From: an uncultured Candidatus Saccharibacteria bacterium
Lineage (GTDB): Bacteria > Patescibacteriota > Minisyncoccia > Phycocordibacterales > DATDWN01
Assembly (NCBI GenBank): GCA_964426735.1
Contig: CAYRRP010000001.1
Coordinates: 157,226-221,225, forward strand
DNA length: 64,000 bases
Direction: 5' to 3'
Position 1 is the first letter of the stretch. The number at the start of each line of letters is the position of its first letter. Both the position numbers and the translations under genes were made by a program. This document shows positions 19,853-29,436 of this stretch, in pieces. The notes under the pieces are model-generated. The model did not search any database and was not told where the DNA came from. It saw only the letters and a program-made list of their open reading frames with translations.

Positions 19853-21508
19853 ATGAAAAAATACACACTTTTTATCATTAGTCTGGTTATAGCTTTCACC
19901 TTTTTCGGATTACCTAAAGCACTCAATGCACAGTCATGTAGTGATGAGTGTGCAATGTTTGGTACATGTAAAGCAAATTCGCGATCGTGTGGTGGTGAAC
20001 AGACATGTACTGTCAACAGTACCTATACAAATGCTGATGGAGAATCATGTACGGAGTACTCATGTAGTTGTGACAGTACAACCGTACAAGGTACATCATA
20101 CAGTGGATGTGTTGGTTCGTATCTACAAAGCAATCTCGAGTGTCAGTATTATGGCTCATTTTGTCAGTATACTGACCCTGTTCCATATGGATATATTCGT
20201 ACAGAATGTACTACATCAGGTAATGAAGAAACACAGACAGATTTTTCTATCACTCTATCGCCAAACACACGAAGTATTGTAAATGGAGAAACAACCGTAT
20301 TTTCAGTTACTATTGCGCCAATCAGTAATGTAGACGGTCGTACTCTTTCGATGTCAGTATCCGGATGTCCTACAGGAGCTACATGTACTCTCAGTGGTGG
20401 GAATACCGCAACATTTGCAAACCCTGCAGTAGCTCTTACAAAAACACTGACGATCACTTCTACATCTGCTCAACCACACACATACACAATCACTGTAAGT
20501 GCCACAACAAACAACGTGACCCGCACCGCCACCGCCACCCTCATCGTAAGCTCAGGTATAAACGGAGCAACCTGTCTCTCTATCGACTCTCAAGTAGGAG
20601 GTGTATCAACATCATCATTCTCTCCAGGACAACAATTTACTCTTGTTGCACGTCTACGTAATACAGGTACTAAAATATGGGACAACGTATATACCAGTGC
20701 ATCAGATCAAGAACATTTCCTCGGAGCATGGAATCCTGGAGGTGATCCATGGGGTCCAGGTTCTGGCAGAACACGCCTCCCAAACGGTACTGCTATACCA
20801 CCCAATGGGGAAGTAACCTTTACACGTACACTAACTGCACCTTCTACACCAGGTACCTATGATTTTCAGTTTGCTATCGTTGAAGATGCTGTTCAATGGA
20901 TCACTGCACCTGGTGCTGTGTGTGTGAAGTCGGGAGGGGTGACGGTGGTATCAGGAAGTCCAATTACAGTAAGTTTGGCAGCATACTATCCATCGATCAC
21001 AAACTATCCAACCATCAGTGACAACAGTATTTACTGGACAACCACCGGCAATCCAGACTCATGTACGCCATCAGGATCAGCTCCATGGAATACTGCAGTG
21101 ATTAGTCCAATCAGTAGTGGCAACCAATATCAAGGAAATTACCCAGATACAGGCACATATACATACAACATCACCTGTACAAAAGCAGGTGTACCAAACG
21201 CAACAGCATCTGTCACTGTACCAGTATCGCGCGTATCTCAGTATACCCTTACCGCAATCAAGCCTATTGGTGGAAGAATTGTTACAGCTGATGCACATAT
21301 TTCTTGTGGATTTACATGCAGTCACCAGTATGCCGAGGGTTCATCAGTTATACTTCAAGCTATTCCTGATACTACATACTGGAGATTTGTAGGGTGGGGA
21401 GGAGCATGTAGTGGTCAGGGAACAGGGAATTGTACGGTTACAATGAACGGAAATGTAACCGTAAGTGCTCAATTCAAGCCTCGATCTCTCTTTTATCAAG
21501 AATTCTAG
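19853..21508 (+). CDS. second secreted Cys-rich surface protein (551 aa): different Cys-rich head, shared identical Ig-like block, one ISPYY-type module, C-terminal InlB-B-repeat-like domain
   Basis: signal peptide MKKYTLFIISLVIAFTFFGLPKALNAQ; shares 425-bp identical block and C-terminal ...YQEF end with 15726-19331. Confidence 0.8.
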   Translation: MKKYTLFIISLVIAFTFFGLPKALNAQSCSDECAMFGTCKANSRSCGGEQTCTVNSTYTNADGESCTEYSCSCDSTTVQGTSYSGCVGSYLQSNLECQYYGSFCQYTDPVPYGYIRTECTTSGNEETQTDFSITLSPNTRSIVNGETTVFSVTIAPISNVDGRTLSMSVSGCPTGATCTLSGGNTATFANPAVALTKTLTITSTSAQPHTYTITVSATTNNVTRTATATLIVSSGINGATCLSIDSQVGGVSTSSFSPGQQFTLVARLRNTGTKIWDNVYTSASDQEHFLGAWNPGGDPWGPGSGRTRLPNGTAIPPNGEVTFTRTLTAPSTPGTYDFQFAIVEDAVQWITAPGAVCVKSGGVTVVSGSPITVSLAAYYPSITNYPTISDNSIYWTTTGNPDSCTPSGSAPWNTAVISPISSGNQYQGNYPDTGTYTYNITCTKAGVPNATASVTVPVSRVSQYTLTAIKPIGGRIVTADAHISCGFTCSHQYAEGSSVILQAIPDTTYWRFVGWGGACSGQGTGNCTVTMNGNVTVSAQFKPRSLFYQEF

Positions 21509-21538
21509 TACTGTAAGCAATTTCTTTCATAAGTGAGA

Positions 21539-21575
21539 TAAAACCCCGCTTTTATCGCTCAGCGGGATTTTATAT
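21539..21575 (+). terminator. rho-independent terminator after second surface-protein gene
   Basis: AAAACCCCGCttttatcgctcaGCGGGATTTT plus T-rich. Confidence 0.5.
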
Positions 21576-21623
21576 TACACGGCTCAATAAAGCCATATAA
21601 TATAAAAATTCTAAAAAAAGTCC

Positions 21624-21653
21624 TTGACAAAAAGGGTAGGGGTGTGCTAGAGT
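21624..21653 (+). promoter_or_regulatory. promoter-like TTGACA-N18-TAGAGT
   Basis: read in sequence; same hexamers as 14183-14210. Confidence 0.3.
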
Positions 21654-22222
21654 ATAAGGGACTCAAACATCGTATGTTGAGTCTTTTCATTAGGGTCAAA
21701 CCACCCTTCATTCCGGATACGTCAGAATTACTACTTAAAAAACGTCTTATTTTAAATTTTACCGCTATTAGTTTGTTTATGGTTTTCTCAACAGTTGCAG
21801 GTGTTCACACTCCAGTAACTATTACAGAAGCTCCTACAATGGAAGTCCAAGTAAAAAACCAAGCTCTTAGAAAAGAAAATATAGAAAAGAAGATGTCTAC
21901 AGAAGAGTACGTGCGAAATCATTTCGCCGATACTCCGATTCTTGCAGAGATTGCACGATGTGAATCTCAATTTCGTCAGTTCGATAAGAACGGTGAAGTA
22001 TTGCGAGGTGTAGTAAACGATCGTGACGTCGGAGTAATGCAGATTAACGAGTATTATCACTTGGAGACTGCTGAAAAGACAAATATCGACATCTATACCC
22101 TTGAAGGAAACCTTGAGTACGGACGAAAACTTTATGAAAAGTTCGGTACCGATCCATGGAATGCTTCTAAACCTTGTTGGGGTAAAAATCTTGAACAGCT
22201 TGCTGTTGAAGTAAAAGCCTAA
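21644..22222 (+). CDS. membrane-anchored lysozyme-like / lytic transglycosylase (SLT-like) domain protein; true start probably downstream of 21644
   Basis: ARCES...(about 22 aa)...GVMQIN pattern resembling SLT catalytic E-S ... GLMQ motif; N-terminal hydrophobic helix. Confidence 0.45.
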   Translation: MLEYKGLKHRMLSLFIRVKPPFIPDTSELLLKKRLILNFTAISLFMVFSTVAGVHTPVTITEAPTMEVQVKNQALRKENIEKKMSTEEYVRNHFADTPILAEIARCESQFRQFDKNGEVLRGVVNDRDVGVMQINEYYHLETAEKTNIDIYTLEGNLEYGRKLYEKFGTDPWNASKPCWGKNLEQLAVEVKA

Positions 22223-22239
22223 GCAAACTTAAAAACAAA

Positions 22240-22264
22240 AAACTCTCGAAAGGGAGTTTTTTGT
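22240..22264 (+). terminator. rho-independent terminator (AACTCTCgaaaGGGAGTT plus T6)
   Basis: near-copy of the rpsI terminator hairpin. Confidence 0.55.
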
Positions 22265-22272
22265 TGTATATA

Positions 22273-22306
22273 AAACCCCCGCCTTCGTTAACAAACGAAA
22301 GCGGGG
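22273..22306 (-). terminator. convergent minus-strand terminator for 22319-22804
   Basis: CCCCGCtttcgtttgttaacgaaGGCGGGGG followed by TTTT on minus strand. Confidence 0.5.
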
Positions 22307-22318
22307 AAATCCATCTAC

Positions 22319-22804
22319 CTACTGAACAGTTTTCATGAATCTGTTGATGCTCGCAATGAGCTGGTCCTCAGAATACGGTTTTCTCTCTATCACACAGATA
22401 GTTCGATCATGCGGGAAAAAACTGTGCACATCTTCTTGAGCAGACCGGACATTCTGCGTGTAGATAATAGTAGGTATATGGTAGTTATAACGACGCAAGT
22501 ACCATAACAGATGCATCGATGCTTCATCGTCATACAAAGGATCCTCATCATGAAGCGTTGGAATCTTTTGAACAAGCTCATTACGTAAACCATTACCACT
22601 GACCATCTCTTGTATAAAAAAGGAATGCTCCATCACTAGAATGTCTGGTGAAGAAATAGGGATGATATGGGCAACAGCTTCGTCTAAGCTGTTGAGTGGG
22701 ACAATTTCAGCACCAACAAAAGCTTCCTCAAGAACTTTCACAATCTGAGAGATTTCACCGGGGTTAAAAACCCCAACAACCATAATTTTTTTCTTTTTCG
22801 ACAT
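22319..22804 (-). CDS. hypothetical protein, possibly degenerate CheY-like receiver fold
   Basis: MVVGVF...α/β alternation pattern but no acidic pocket residues; weak. Confidence 0.35.
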   Translation of the reverse strand: MSKKKKIMVVGVFNPGEISQIVKVLEEAFVGAEIVPLNSLDEAVAHIIPISSPDILVMEHSFFIQEMVSGNGLRNELVQKIPTLHDEDPLYDDEASMHLLWYLRRYNYHIPTIIYTQNVRSAQEDVHSFFPHDRTICVIERKPYSEDQLIASINRFMKTVQ

Positions 22805-23176
22805 ACTTTGTGCTCCTCTGTTATTTATATCATGTCAGCTTATATACGCAACATACATAAAAAACAATTATCTAGCGTGCATTCCTATGCGGGGGACCTT
22901 AGTAGTACATGTCGCACAATATATCTTTTGTACATGCTACGCCTGAGTAAATACACTTTAATTTAAATCATTTTGGATTTTAAAATCTGGGATTAATATA
23001 TTTATATATAAAAATAATCCCACTCTCCCCTAAAGGTGGAACTCTTTTTTCTTCTCTTTTTATTTGTACCCTTTTATTAATATTTCCTATTTTTGCTTGC
23101 CTCAAAATTTCTGTTCCCGATAGGGAAGTCCCCTATTCTTTTTGACCAGATAGAGTACTTTAGTCCAAAAAAATTA

Positions 23177-24436
23177 CTACGCATTTTTTCCTGCCACATA
23201 TCCTGTAGTCCAACAAAGTTGCAATGAGAAGCCTCCGGATGGTCTATCTATATGGATCATATCTCCAGTAAGAAAAAGATTGTTGATGTTAGTAGATCGC
23301 ATAGTTTTGGTATCGATCTCTCGAATATCGACTCCACCATCGGCAACTACCGCTTTATCGAAACCAAGAAGCCCTGAAATTGACACCGGTAAGGCTTTGA
23401 GAAGTCGAACGATATCTTTACGCATCTCTTTGGTCACACTGTGTGTTTTTATTTCCGGATCTATATGTGGCAATAAGCCGAGAAGCACTCGTGATGTACC
23501 TTTTGGTGCAATCTCAGAAAACACATTTTTAAGTGCTTTGTTTTTATGTTCATCAAATATCTTAATAATATATTTTTCAAGTGTACCAAGATCTTTGTCA
23601 GGGTACGTATCTATACACAGCGTCACCAATCCTTTATGAAGCAAATCAGCTACTTCTTTTGCAGAGTTTAAGATAAGAGGGCCAGAGAGACCAAAATGAG
23701 TACACAATACTTTACCTTTTTTCGTACACGCTTTAACTCCATCAACAAAAAACGAAAGTTTCACTGGATGCTCGAGAGAACCAAGTGAAATACCGGCGAG
23801 TTCTTTGACCCAAGCATCTTCCACCGTGATTGGTACGATGGTTGGTGTCGGTTCGTGTATCGTATGTCCAAGCGAAGCGAGCCATCCAAACCCATCTCCA
23901 GTTGACCCAGTTTCAGGGTGGGAGAGTCCTCCTGTTGCGATCACCACAGACTCCCCTTCAAACACTCCATTTTTTGTAATTATTTTTGAAATATTTTTTT
24001 CTTTAATTTCAAGTGAATATACCGGATTATCTGTCACCACCTTCACGTTATTTTCTTTCAAGAAATTAATTAACGTATTACACACATCAAGTGCTTTTTC
24101 TGACTTTGGAAATGCTCTTTTTCGTGCTTCCACAAAAAGGGGAAGTCCCCTACCCTCAAAAAATTCAAATGTTTCTTTTACACCAAATATTGAAAAAGGA
24201 GAATACAAAAAATCTTTCGCTTCTTTATACTGTGAAAGAAGCGTATGAATATCTCGCTCATCGTTGGTGATATTACACCTTCCCCCTCCGGTGATTCGGA
24301 GTTTTTCTCCCAGGCGTTTATTTTTCTCGATCAAAAGCACACGTTTTCCACGTGACCCTGCTACACCTGCAGCCATCATACCTGACGCTCCTCCACCGAT
24401 AACCACCACATCAAATTTTTCTTGAATAGTACTCAT
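23177..24436 (-). CDS. HI0933/BaiN-family NAD(P)/FAD-dependent oxidoreductase (flavoprotein)
   Basis: FDVVVIGGGASGMMAA...RVLLIEKNKRLGEKLRITGGGRCNITN. Confidence 0.8.
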   Translation of the reverse strand: MSTIQEKFDVVVIGGGASGMMAAGVAGSRGKRVLLIEKNKRLGEKLRITGGGRCNITNDERDIHTLLSQYKEAKDFLYSPFSIFGVKETFEFFEGRGLPLFVEARKRAFPKSEKALDVCNTLINFLKENNVKVVTDNPVYSLEIKEKNISKIITKNGVFEGESVVIATGGLSHPETGSTGDGFGWLASLGHTIHEPTPTIVPITVEDAWVKELAGISLGSLEHPVKLSFFVDGVKACTKKGKVLCTHFGLSGPLILNSAKEVADLLHKGLVTLCIDTYPDKDLGTLEKYIIKIFDEHKNKALKNVFSEIAPKGTSRVLLGLLPHIDPEIKTHSVTKEMRKDIVRLLKALPVSISGLLGFDKAVVADGGVDIREIDTKTMRSTNINNLFLTGDMIHIDRPSGGFSLQLCWTTGYVAGKNA

Positions 24437-24444
24437 GCGACATG

Positions 24445-24849
24445 TTACCAATTAAGAACTGTAATCGTGAGCTGAAGTGCTGTTGCAAAACACACCCACA
24501 GAAGATACGGAATATTGATCCGTGCCACCCAAGGTATCCGACCCTGTGTGATACGTATCGCCCAAATCAAGGTTCCAAGGACGAGTAGAATATCAATCGA
24601 TGCAAACGGTAGGTTGTTGAGTCCAAACTGTATCGGTGTAAATGCGAGATTGAAAATAATATTGAGTGCAAAAGGGAGAGCTACTTTTCCCGGCAATCTT
24701 TTTTTGAAAAACTGTACAAACACATACCCAAAAGAAATCGCAATAAGGATATAAAGCACTGTCCACACAGGCCCAAAAATCCATGAAGGTGGCGCCCAGC
24801 TTGGCTGTATCCATTCCATATACTGAGTGTAGTTTTGCATAAAGTACAA
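24445..24849 (-). CDS. tspO: TspO/MBR family tryptophan-rich sensory protein
   Basis: W.PPSWIFGPVWTVLYILIAIS, five TM pattern, Trp-rich. Confidence 0.8.
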   Translation of the reverse strand: MYFMQNYTQYMEWIQPSWAPPSWIFGPVWTVLYILIAISFGYVFVQFFKKRLPGKVALPFALNIIFNLAFTPIQFGLNNLPFASIDILLVLGTLIWAIRITQGRIPWVARINIPYLLWVCFATALQLTITVLNW

Positions 24850-24884
24850 AAAACAGAGGATATCCTCTGTTACATTATGAATAA

Positions 24885-25286
24885 TTATTCTGTTGTCACA
24901 CCGTCAAAGTCCGCCTCATTTTCCATCGCTTCAGTTTTTGTTGCTCGAACAATACCATCTTTGTGATGAGAAGGAGCGTAGATTGTGTAAAATTTTAATG
25001 ATTCAGAGTCTGATGTATTGATAACATTGTGTTCTGTCCCTGCAGGTACTACGATCGCATCACCATCAGTTACTTCATACTCAGTCTCACCTACCACCAC
25101 TTTTCCTTTCCCAGCATCAAATCGGAAAAACTGATCATTCTCCTCGTGTACCTCTGAGCCGATATCCTCACCAGGGAGCAGTGACATAAGCACAAGCTGC
25201 ATATGCTTTCCGGTATACAAAACATGACGAAAGTCTGTATTATCTTTTGTTAAATCTTCAATATGCCCAAAGTATCCTTTTTTCAT
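24885..25286 (-). CDS. cupin-domain protein
   Basis: cupin motifs G(X)5HXH-like ...EVHEEND...PAGTEHNVIN. Confidence 0.55.
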   Translation of the reverse strand: MKKGYFGHIEDLTKDNTDFRHVLYTGKHMQLVLMSLLPGEDIGSEVHEENDQFFRFDAGKGKVVVGETEYEVTDGDAIVVPAGTEHNVINTSDSESLKFYTIYAPSHHKDGIVRATKTEAMENEADFDGVTTE

Positions 25287-25298
25287 AGATATATATAA

Positions 25299-25844
25299 TT
25301 AACTCTTAATTTCTGTAAACGTAACGTTTGTAGGGAGTACAAACTTTGATTCATCAACACTCCAATCTTGGCAGTCATAATCACCGATCTGTGATGCATT
25401 GAAACTGTATGTTCCTGAAGTACCTGTATCAACCACAGCATCTCCTCCCACTACTTCCACAACTTTTGCTTTAAAACCTTTACCTGCCATAAGAGAAGAC
25501 CATGTGTACGTAAAGTTATCACGTACAATCATCGATGTATCAACTTTCATACCTTGCACTGTTGTTGAGAATTCTCCACGAATTCGATCTTTATCGATAA
25601 ATACAGTACCCTTGCTTGTCATATCACCTACATACTGGTCGACTGTACACTGATACGAACCTCCTTGTTTTAGAAGTTCACTAAATGCCATTTTTTTACC
25701 TGCTGGCTGGGTTCCTCCCGCAAGACTACTTGCATCTTCTACTACAGGAGTAGCATCTTTTCCTGTATACATATACACACCACCTCCGATCACTACCAAC
25801 ACCGCGAGGATTATCCCCATTATTTTTGTATTCATCATATGCAT
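25299..25844 (-). CDS. hypothetical membrane-anchored protein
   Basis: N-terminal TM (IMGIILAVLVVIGGGVYMY); no family recognised. Confidence 0.4.
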   Translation of the reverse strand: MHMMNTKIMGIILAVLVVIGGGVYMYTGKDATPVVEDASSLAGGTQPAGKKMAFSELLKQGGSYQCTVDQYVGDMTSKGTVFIDKDRIRGEFSTTVQGMKVDTSMIVRDNFTYTWSSLMAGKGFKAKVVEVVGGDAVVDTGTSGTYSFNASQIGDYDCQDWSVDESKFVLPTNVTFTEIKS

Positions 25845-25860
25845 CTAGTATACCAAAAAA

Positions 25861-26565
25861 TTAGCTATTTAAGTAGTATTCAAGTGTATACATCCAATCA
25901 ACATCATCTTCTCCACTCTCACGTTTTTGTTTGAGAAGCCATTCGAGATATCCGCGATCGGTTTGCACCACCTCAGCAATCATCTTGTCTTTATATTTTC
26001 CAAAATTAAATTTTTTATAGAGCGACGGCACACTCGAAATCTCAATCATTTTTTGTATCGCAGAATCTTCGTCACCTGTTGTTTCTTGTATTTTTGAAAG
26101 GAGTCTTTGAAACACTGCATAGAGAACATGTACATCACCTTCTGCATCATGTGCATTTCCTGACACTTCGAGATCAAGATAATACCGAAGATACTGAAGA
26201 TTGTACTCTGGGATTATTCCCCCACTATCGAGATGTCGAGCCACTCGAAGCGTACAGATAAATTTCGGAATTTCCATACCTTCTCGCTTGAGCATTTCAA
26301 GATCAAACAAAGCGTTATGCGCTACCAGAACACCTGTTGAAAGAAGTGTTTGGAGTGTATAAGCAAACTCACTCCCAATAAAAGGCTGCTTGTCTGCAAG
26401 CATTTTGTTAGTGATATGTGTAATACTCATTGATTTGACCGACATCGGTAGAGGAGGTTTAAAATATCCAACCTTTACCTCATCACCGACTCGATAACAC
26501 ACCTGAGCGAGCCGATCAGTTTTTTCAATCCCTGTTGTTTCAGTATCAAGAAAAATAAGTTGCAT
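25861..26565 (-). CDS. DEDDh 3'-5' exonuclease (DnaQ/epsilon-like) with C-terminal KYKDK...GYLEWLL domain; start at MQLIFLDTETTG
   Basis: Exo I FLDTETTG, Exo III HNALFDLEML motifs. Confidence 0.75.
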   Translation of the reverse strand: MQLIFLDTETTGIEKTDRLAQVCYRVGDEVKVGYFKPPLPMSVKSMSITHITNKMLADKQPFIGSEFAYTLQTLLSTGVLVAHNALFDLEMLKREGMEIPKFICTLRVARHLDSGGIIPEYNLQYLRYYLDLEVSGNAHDAEGDVHVLYAVFQRLLSKIQETTGDEDSAIQKMIEISSVPSLYKKFNFGKYKDKMIAEVVQTDRGYLEWLLKQKRESGEDDVDWMYTLEYYLNS

Positions 26566-26589
26566 ATAGACAGTATACTTGCTTTTTGT

Positions 26590-26650
26590 ATTTAAAAAAA
26601 GAAAAACCACCACCCGCCGGTGGTCTTTCCGGTTGGTTGGTGGTGGTTTG
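26590..26650 (-). terminator. strong minus-strand rho-independent terminator (CCACCACC...GGTGGTGG hairpin plus T-run) after GC-rich mini-gene
   Basis: read in sequence. Confidence 0.5.
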
Positions 26651-26652
26651 GG

Positions 26653-26889
26653 TCACTTCGCCTTGGGAGGCGGTGTGACCGGTCGATATGTACACGGAGC
26701 AAGCACATCGTCTGGGTCGCAGTGCAACCCAAACCCCTGTAGCCGAGCTGGCTGCTCGACTTTTCTGACTGGAACTGGCGTCTTGCCGAATTGAGAAAAC
26801 TTCGGCTCACCAATCAAACACCAGAGAAACCCCGCGATTCCAAAAAACAGTATGACCCACGAAAGAGGATCTTTTACTTTTACTTTCAT
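26653..26889 (-). CDS. GC-rich small membrane protein (78 aa, MKVKVKDPLSWVILFFGIAGFLWCLIG...), AAAGGAGAG SD
   Basis: internal start with strong SD; local GC about 58%; ORF-track long form 26653-27126 probably over-extended. Confidence 0.4.
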   Translation of the reverse strand: MKVKVKDPLSWVILFFGIAGFLWCLIGEPKFSQFGKTPVPVRKVEQPARLQGFGLHCDPDDVLAPCTYRPVTPPPKAK

Positions 26890-27383
26890 TTTCTCTCCTT
26901 TTGTTACACTCAGAGACCTAAATACTTGGCCGTCGCCGAGGCGACGAACGCCAAAATCGGGTACGGACACAGGAAAAGGGGTATCAGGAGTGTACGCTCT
27001 GGCTCTTTCAGACGCGTATGAAAAGCGACAATTACTGTCGACAAAATCAAAATTGTTGTCAGGAAAGCTCCTATTACAAAAAAAACAGCTGAGATCATTT
27101 GATCCCTCCCATACATACAGTACCATACTTTATATATATGTCAAAACTCTTAAAACTTTTCTTTTTATAGCATATATGTTATCTTACATACTGCACATGC
27201 AGGACATGTGCTCGTGGGAAATTTCAACACTCCCGCGATAACCCGCAACGTGAGACCTCGAAGTTTGAGGTCTCACTCCACCACTACGCAACGCCTCAGG
27301 ATCCATCTTCCAATCACTGAGGCCTTGCTTGGTGGTTTTTTGTTTCAACTAACTTCGAATGCACTGAGGAAGTACTTTCTCAT

Positions 27384-28298
27384 TTACCGAAACACAGCTT
27401 TGCCACCATTTTTAAGTACAAATACAAGCTCTCCTTTAGAAGTAAACTCGAAACTCACTGCATTTTCAAAAATCTTCTGAAAGACACTTTCTTGAGAACC
27501 ATCGCAATACATGAGGGTTGAAATCATTTTACTAAACATAATTTTACTTCCTGTCACTGCATAGTTTCCACCAAGTCCATTACAATCAGTTGTTGCTCCA
27601 AACGTTCCATCTGCCTTAAACGTTACACTAAATACACCATCTTTTTTAGGAAATGTCTGACCATCCGCAGTCGTAAATACACTGACCCAATTCCACTTTT
27701 TCATATCCAGCTTCATCACTTTTGGATCCGCTTCACCTTCAAAATTTTGCACTACTTCGCCAAATTGCAATGTCGCAGGATCGAGTTTCAACCAAAGACT
27801 TTTCCCAAGAGATGGCCGTACAGAAAAATCTTCACCAGGCTTTCGTACTGCATAATTTACCACCACAATACTTCCCTCCCCTTTGTTGGTACTCTGTGGA
27901 GCGATGCGATCACCGATAAAAGTTGCTTGTGTACCGACATATCCATCAGGTGTATTAAGCGCACCTGCTCCATAGTAAAAAGTTCCACTTCCACCGGTCT
28001 CTTGTGTGAGAAGGGAAAAAATATCTTCTCGTCCATCACCATTTAAATCAGTGGTAAGTTCATTACCAAAATATCGAGTGACCACTTTTGCACTTGAGTT
28101 TGGTATCGCTACTTCGGACACTCCGTCTTTCAAGGTGACCATCTCACCATTTACTGAATATGTTGCATTCTTCGGATCAGTCACCACTTCTTTGATAGCA
28201 GGCTCACCCTGCTTTTCATTGTAAATGAATTTATTTAATGCAAAAAACCCACCGACCAAAACCGCGATTGCTATGAGTATGTAAATTATTGTTTTCAT
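27384..28298 (-). CDS. secreted/anchored protein with C-terminal META (HslJ-like, DUF306) domain
   Basis: TTDCNGLGGNYAVTGSKIMFSKMISTLMYC... META pattern; N-terminal TM/signal. Confidence 0.55.
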   Translation of the reverse strand: MKTIIYILIAIAVLVGGFFALNKFIYNEKQGEPAIKEVVTDPKNATYSVNGEMVTLKDGVSEVAIPNSSAKVVTRYFGNELTTDLNGDGREDIFSLLTQETGGSGTFYYGAGALNTPDGYVGTQATFIGDRIAPQSTNKGEGSIVVVNYAVRKPGEDFSVRPSLGKSLWLKLDPATLQFGEVVQNFEGEADPKVMKLDMKKWNWVSVFTTADGQTFPKKDGVFSVTFKADGTFGATTDCNGLGGNYAVTGSKIMFSKMISTLMYCDGSQESVFQKIFENAVSFEFTSKGELVFVLKNGGKAVFR

Positions 28299-28489
28299 AT
28301 GATTGTATGTACAGCCAACTGTCCAGACTTACCGGAAAGTTATTATATAAATATTAGACTACCTTTTCTAATTTCATATTGAATTATATCATAGTCAACT
28401 TATATTTTTTATCACACACGTTACTTGGAATAAATAAATATATGTTGTATAATATACCTTAGGTGTAAAATTTAGTTACGGAGGTCCTT

Positions 28490-29374
28490 ATGGACAAGAG
28501 TATATTGATCGTTGAAAAACCCACACTGACCGAAACCTCGGCAAATGAAGACATCTGGCTGAATCAGAGTAATTTGGAGTTGGCGACATATGCAGCTCAA
28601 TATCTGGGCTATACAAAGCTTTCGGATAGGGTTGCTGCACGTCAAACCGATTATCACAAAAAAGTCGAGGTTTTTAACCAGACGAATCGATTACCTAAAG
28701 CCTTGTTGGCTGCAGAAATCGATACTTTCTCATTGGACTCAGTGAGTAAATACCAAAATACAATGATCCGACAAGCTTGGATGAAGTTCATTCTTAATCC
28801 AGGAGAGTGCTATATGTGGGCCCATGTGTACTTCTTGACGCCAGTCATAGCAACCCTCATGTTTCTACTTGGCTGGCTCAATGAATGGCAGTCGGTTCTA
28901 CTGGCGACACTATTTCAGTTACCACTAGCACGTTCCATAACAAAAGAGTTGGCTTCATACTGGAAGGAAGATAAAGGGTTTCTACTATGGGCTTCCTGTC
29001 TTGCCCTGTCTCCAATTACGAGCCTGATCCTTGTAGTCCTAGGCTACGGAAAAGGCTGGTCTGCTGTTACTTTCATTGCCGCTCTTTTTTGTGTGTTTTG
29101 TTTCTACGGTGAAGCTATCAAGCAACTCAGAAACACTAAAATTCACTGGGTGCGAATTCCAGTCAAGTCATACAACGAAGAAATTCCTCTTTTCGTGATC
29201 AGCAAGATGAGGCAGATTCACGAACTGTGTCCGTCAGCGGAGTTTTTTGTTGAAAAACTAGAGGCAGATATTTATCTGCCCGACCCGTTCCTTGTTGTAA
29301 CAAACCCACCCGTAAGACAAGAATTCTACGTTGAGGTTTGGGATGAACCGAAGTTTGAAGCAAAACATACGTAG
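28490..29374 (+). CDS. hypothetical polytopic membrane protein (moderately GC-rich)
   Basis: ACGGAGG SD; several hydrophobic helices. Confidence 0.45.
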   Translation: MDKSILIVEKPTLTETSANEDIWLNQSNLELATYAAQYLGYTKLSDRVAARQTDYHKKVEVFNQTNRLPKALLAAEIDTFSLDSVSKYQNTMIRQAWMKFILNPGECYMWAHVYFLTPVIATLMFLLGWLNEWQSVLLATLFQLPLARSITKELASYWKEDKGFLLWASCLALSPITSLILVVLGYGKGWSAVTFIAALFCVFCFYGEAIKQLRNTKIHWVRIPVKSYNEEIPLFVISKMRQIHELCPSAEFFVEKLEADIYLPDPFLVVTNPPVRQEFYVEVWDEPKFEAKHT

Positions 29375-29436
29375 TTATCGAAGGTCTGAGTGGTGATAAC
29401 ACCACTCAGGCCTTTTACTTTACATAAAAAGTCTCT

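Noticed and set aside
26852-27241. 129-aa plus-strand ORF and the 157-aa long form of the minus ORF 26653-27126
   Set aside because: No SD, spans a compositional boundary and a perfect hairpin. The internal Met at 26889 with a strong SD gives a more plausible 78-aa gene.
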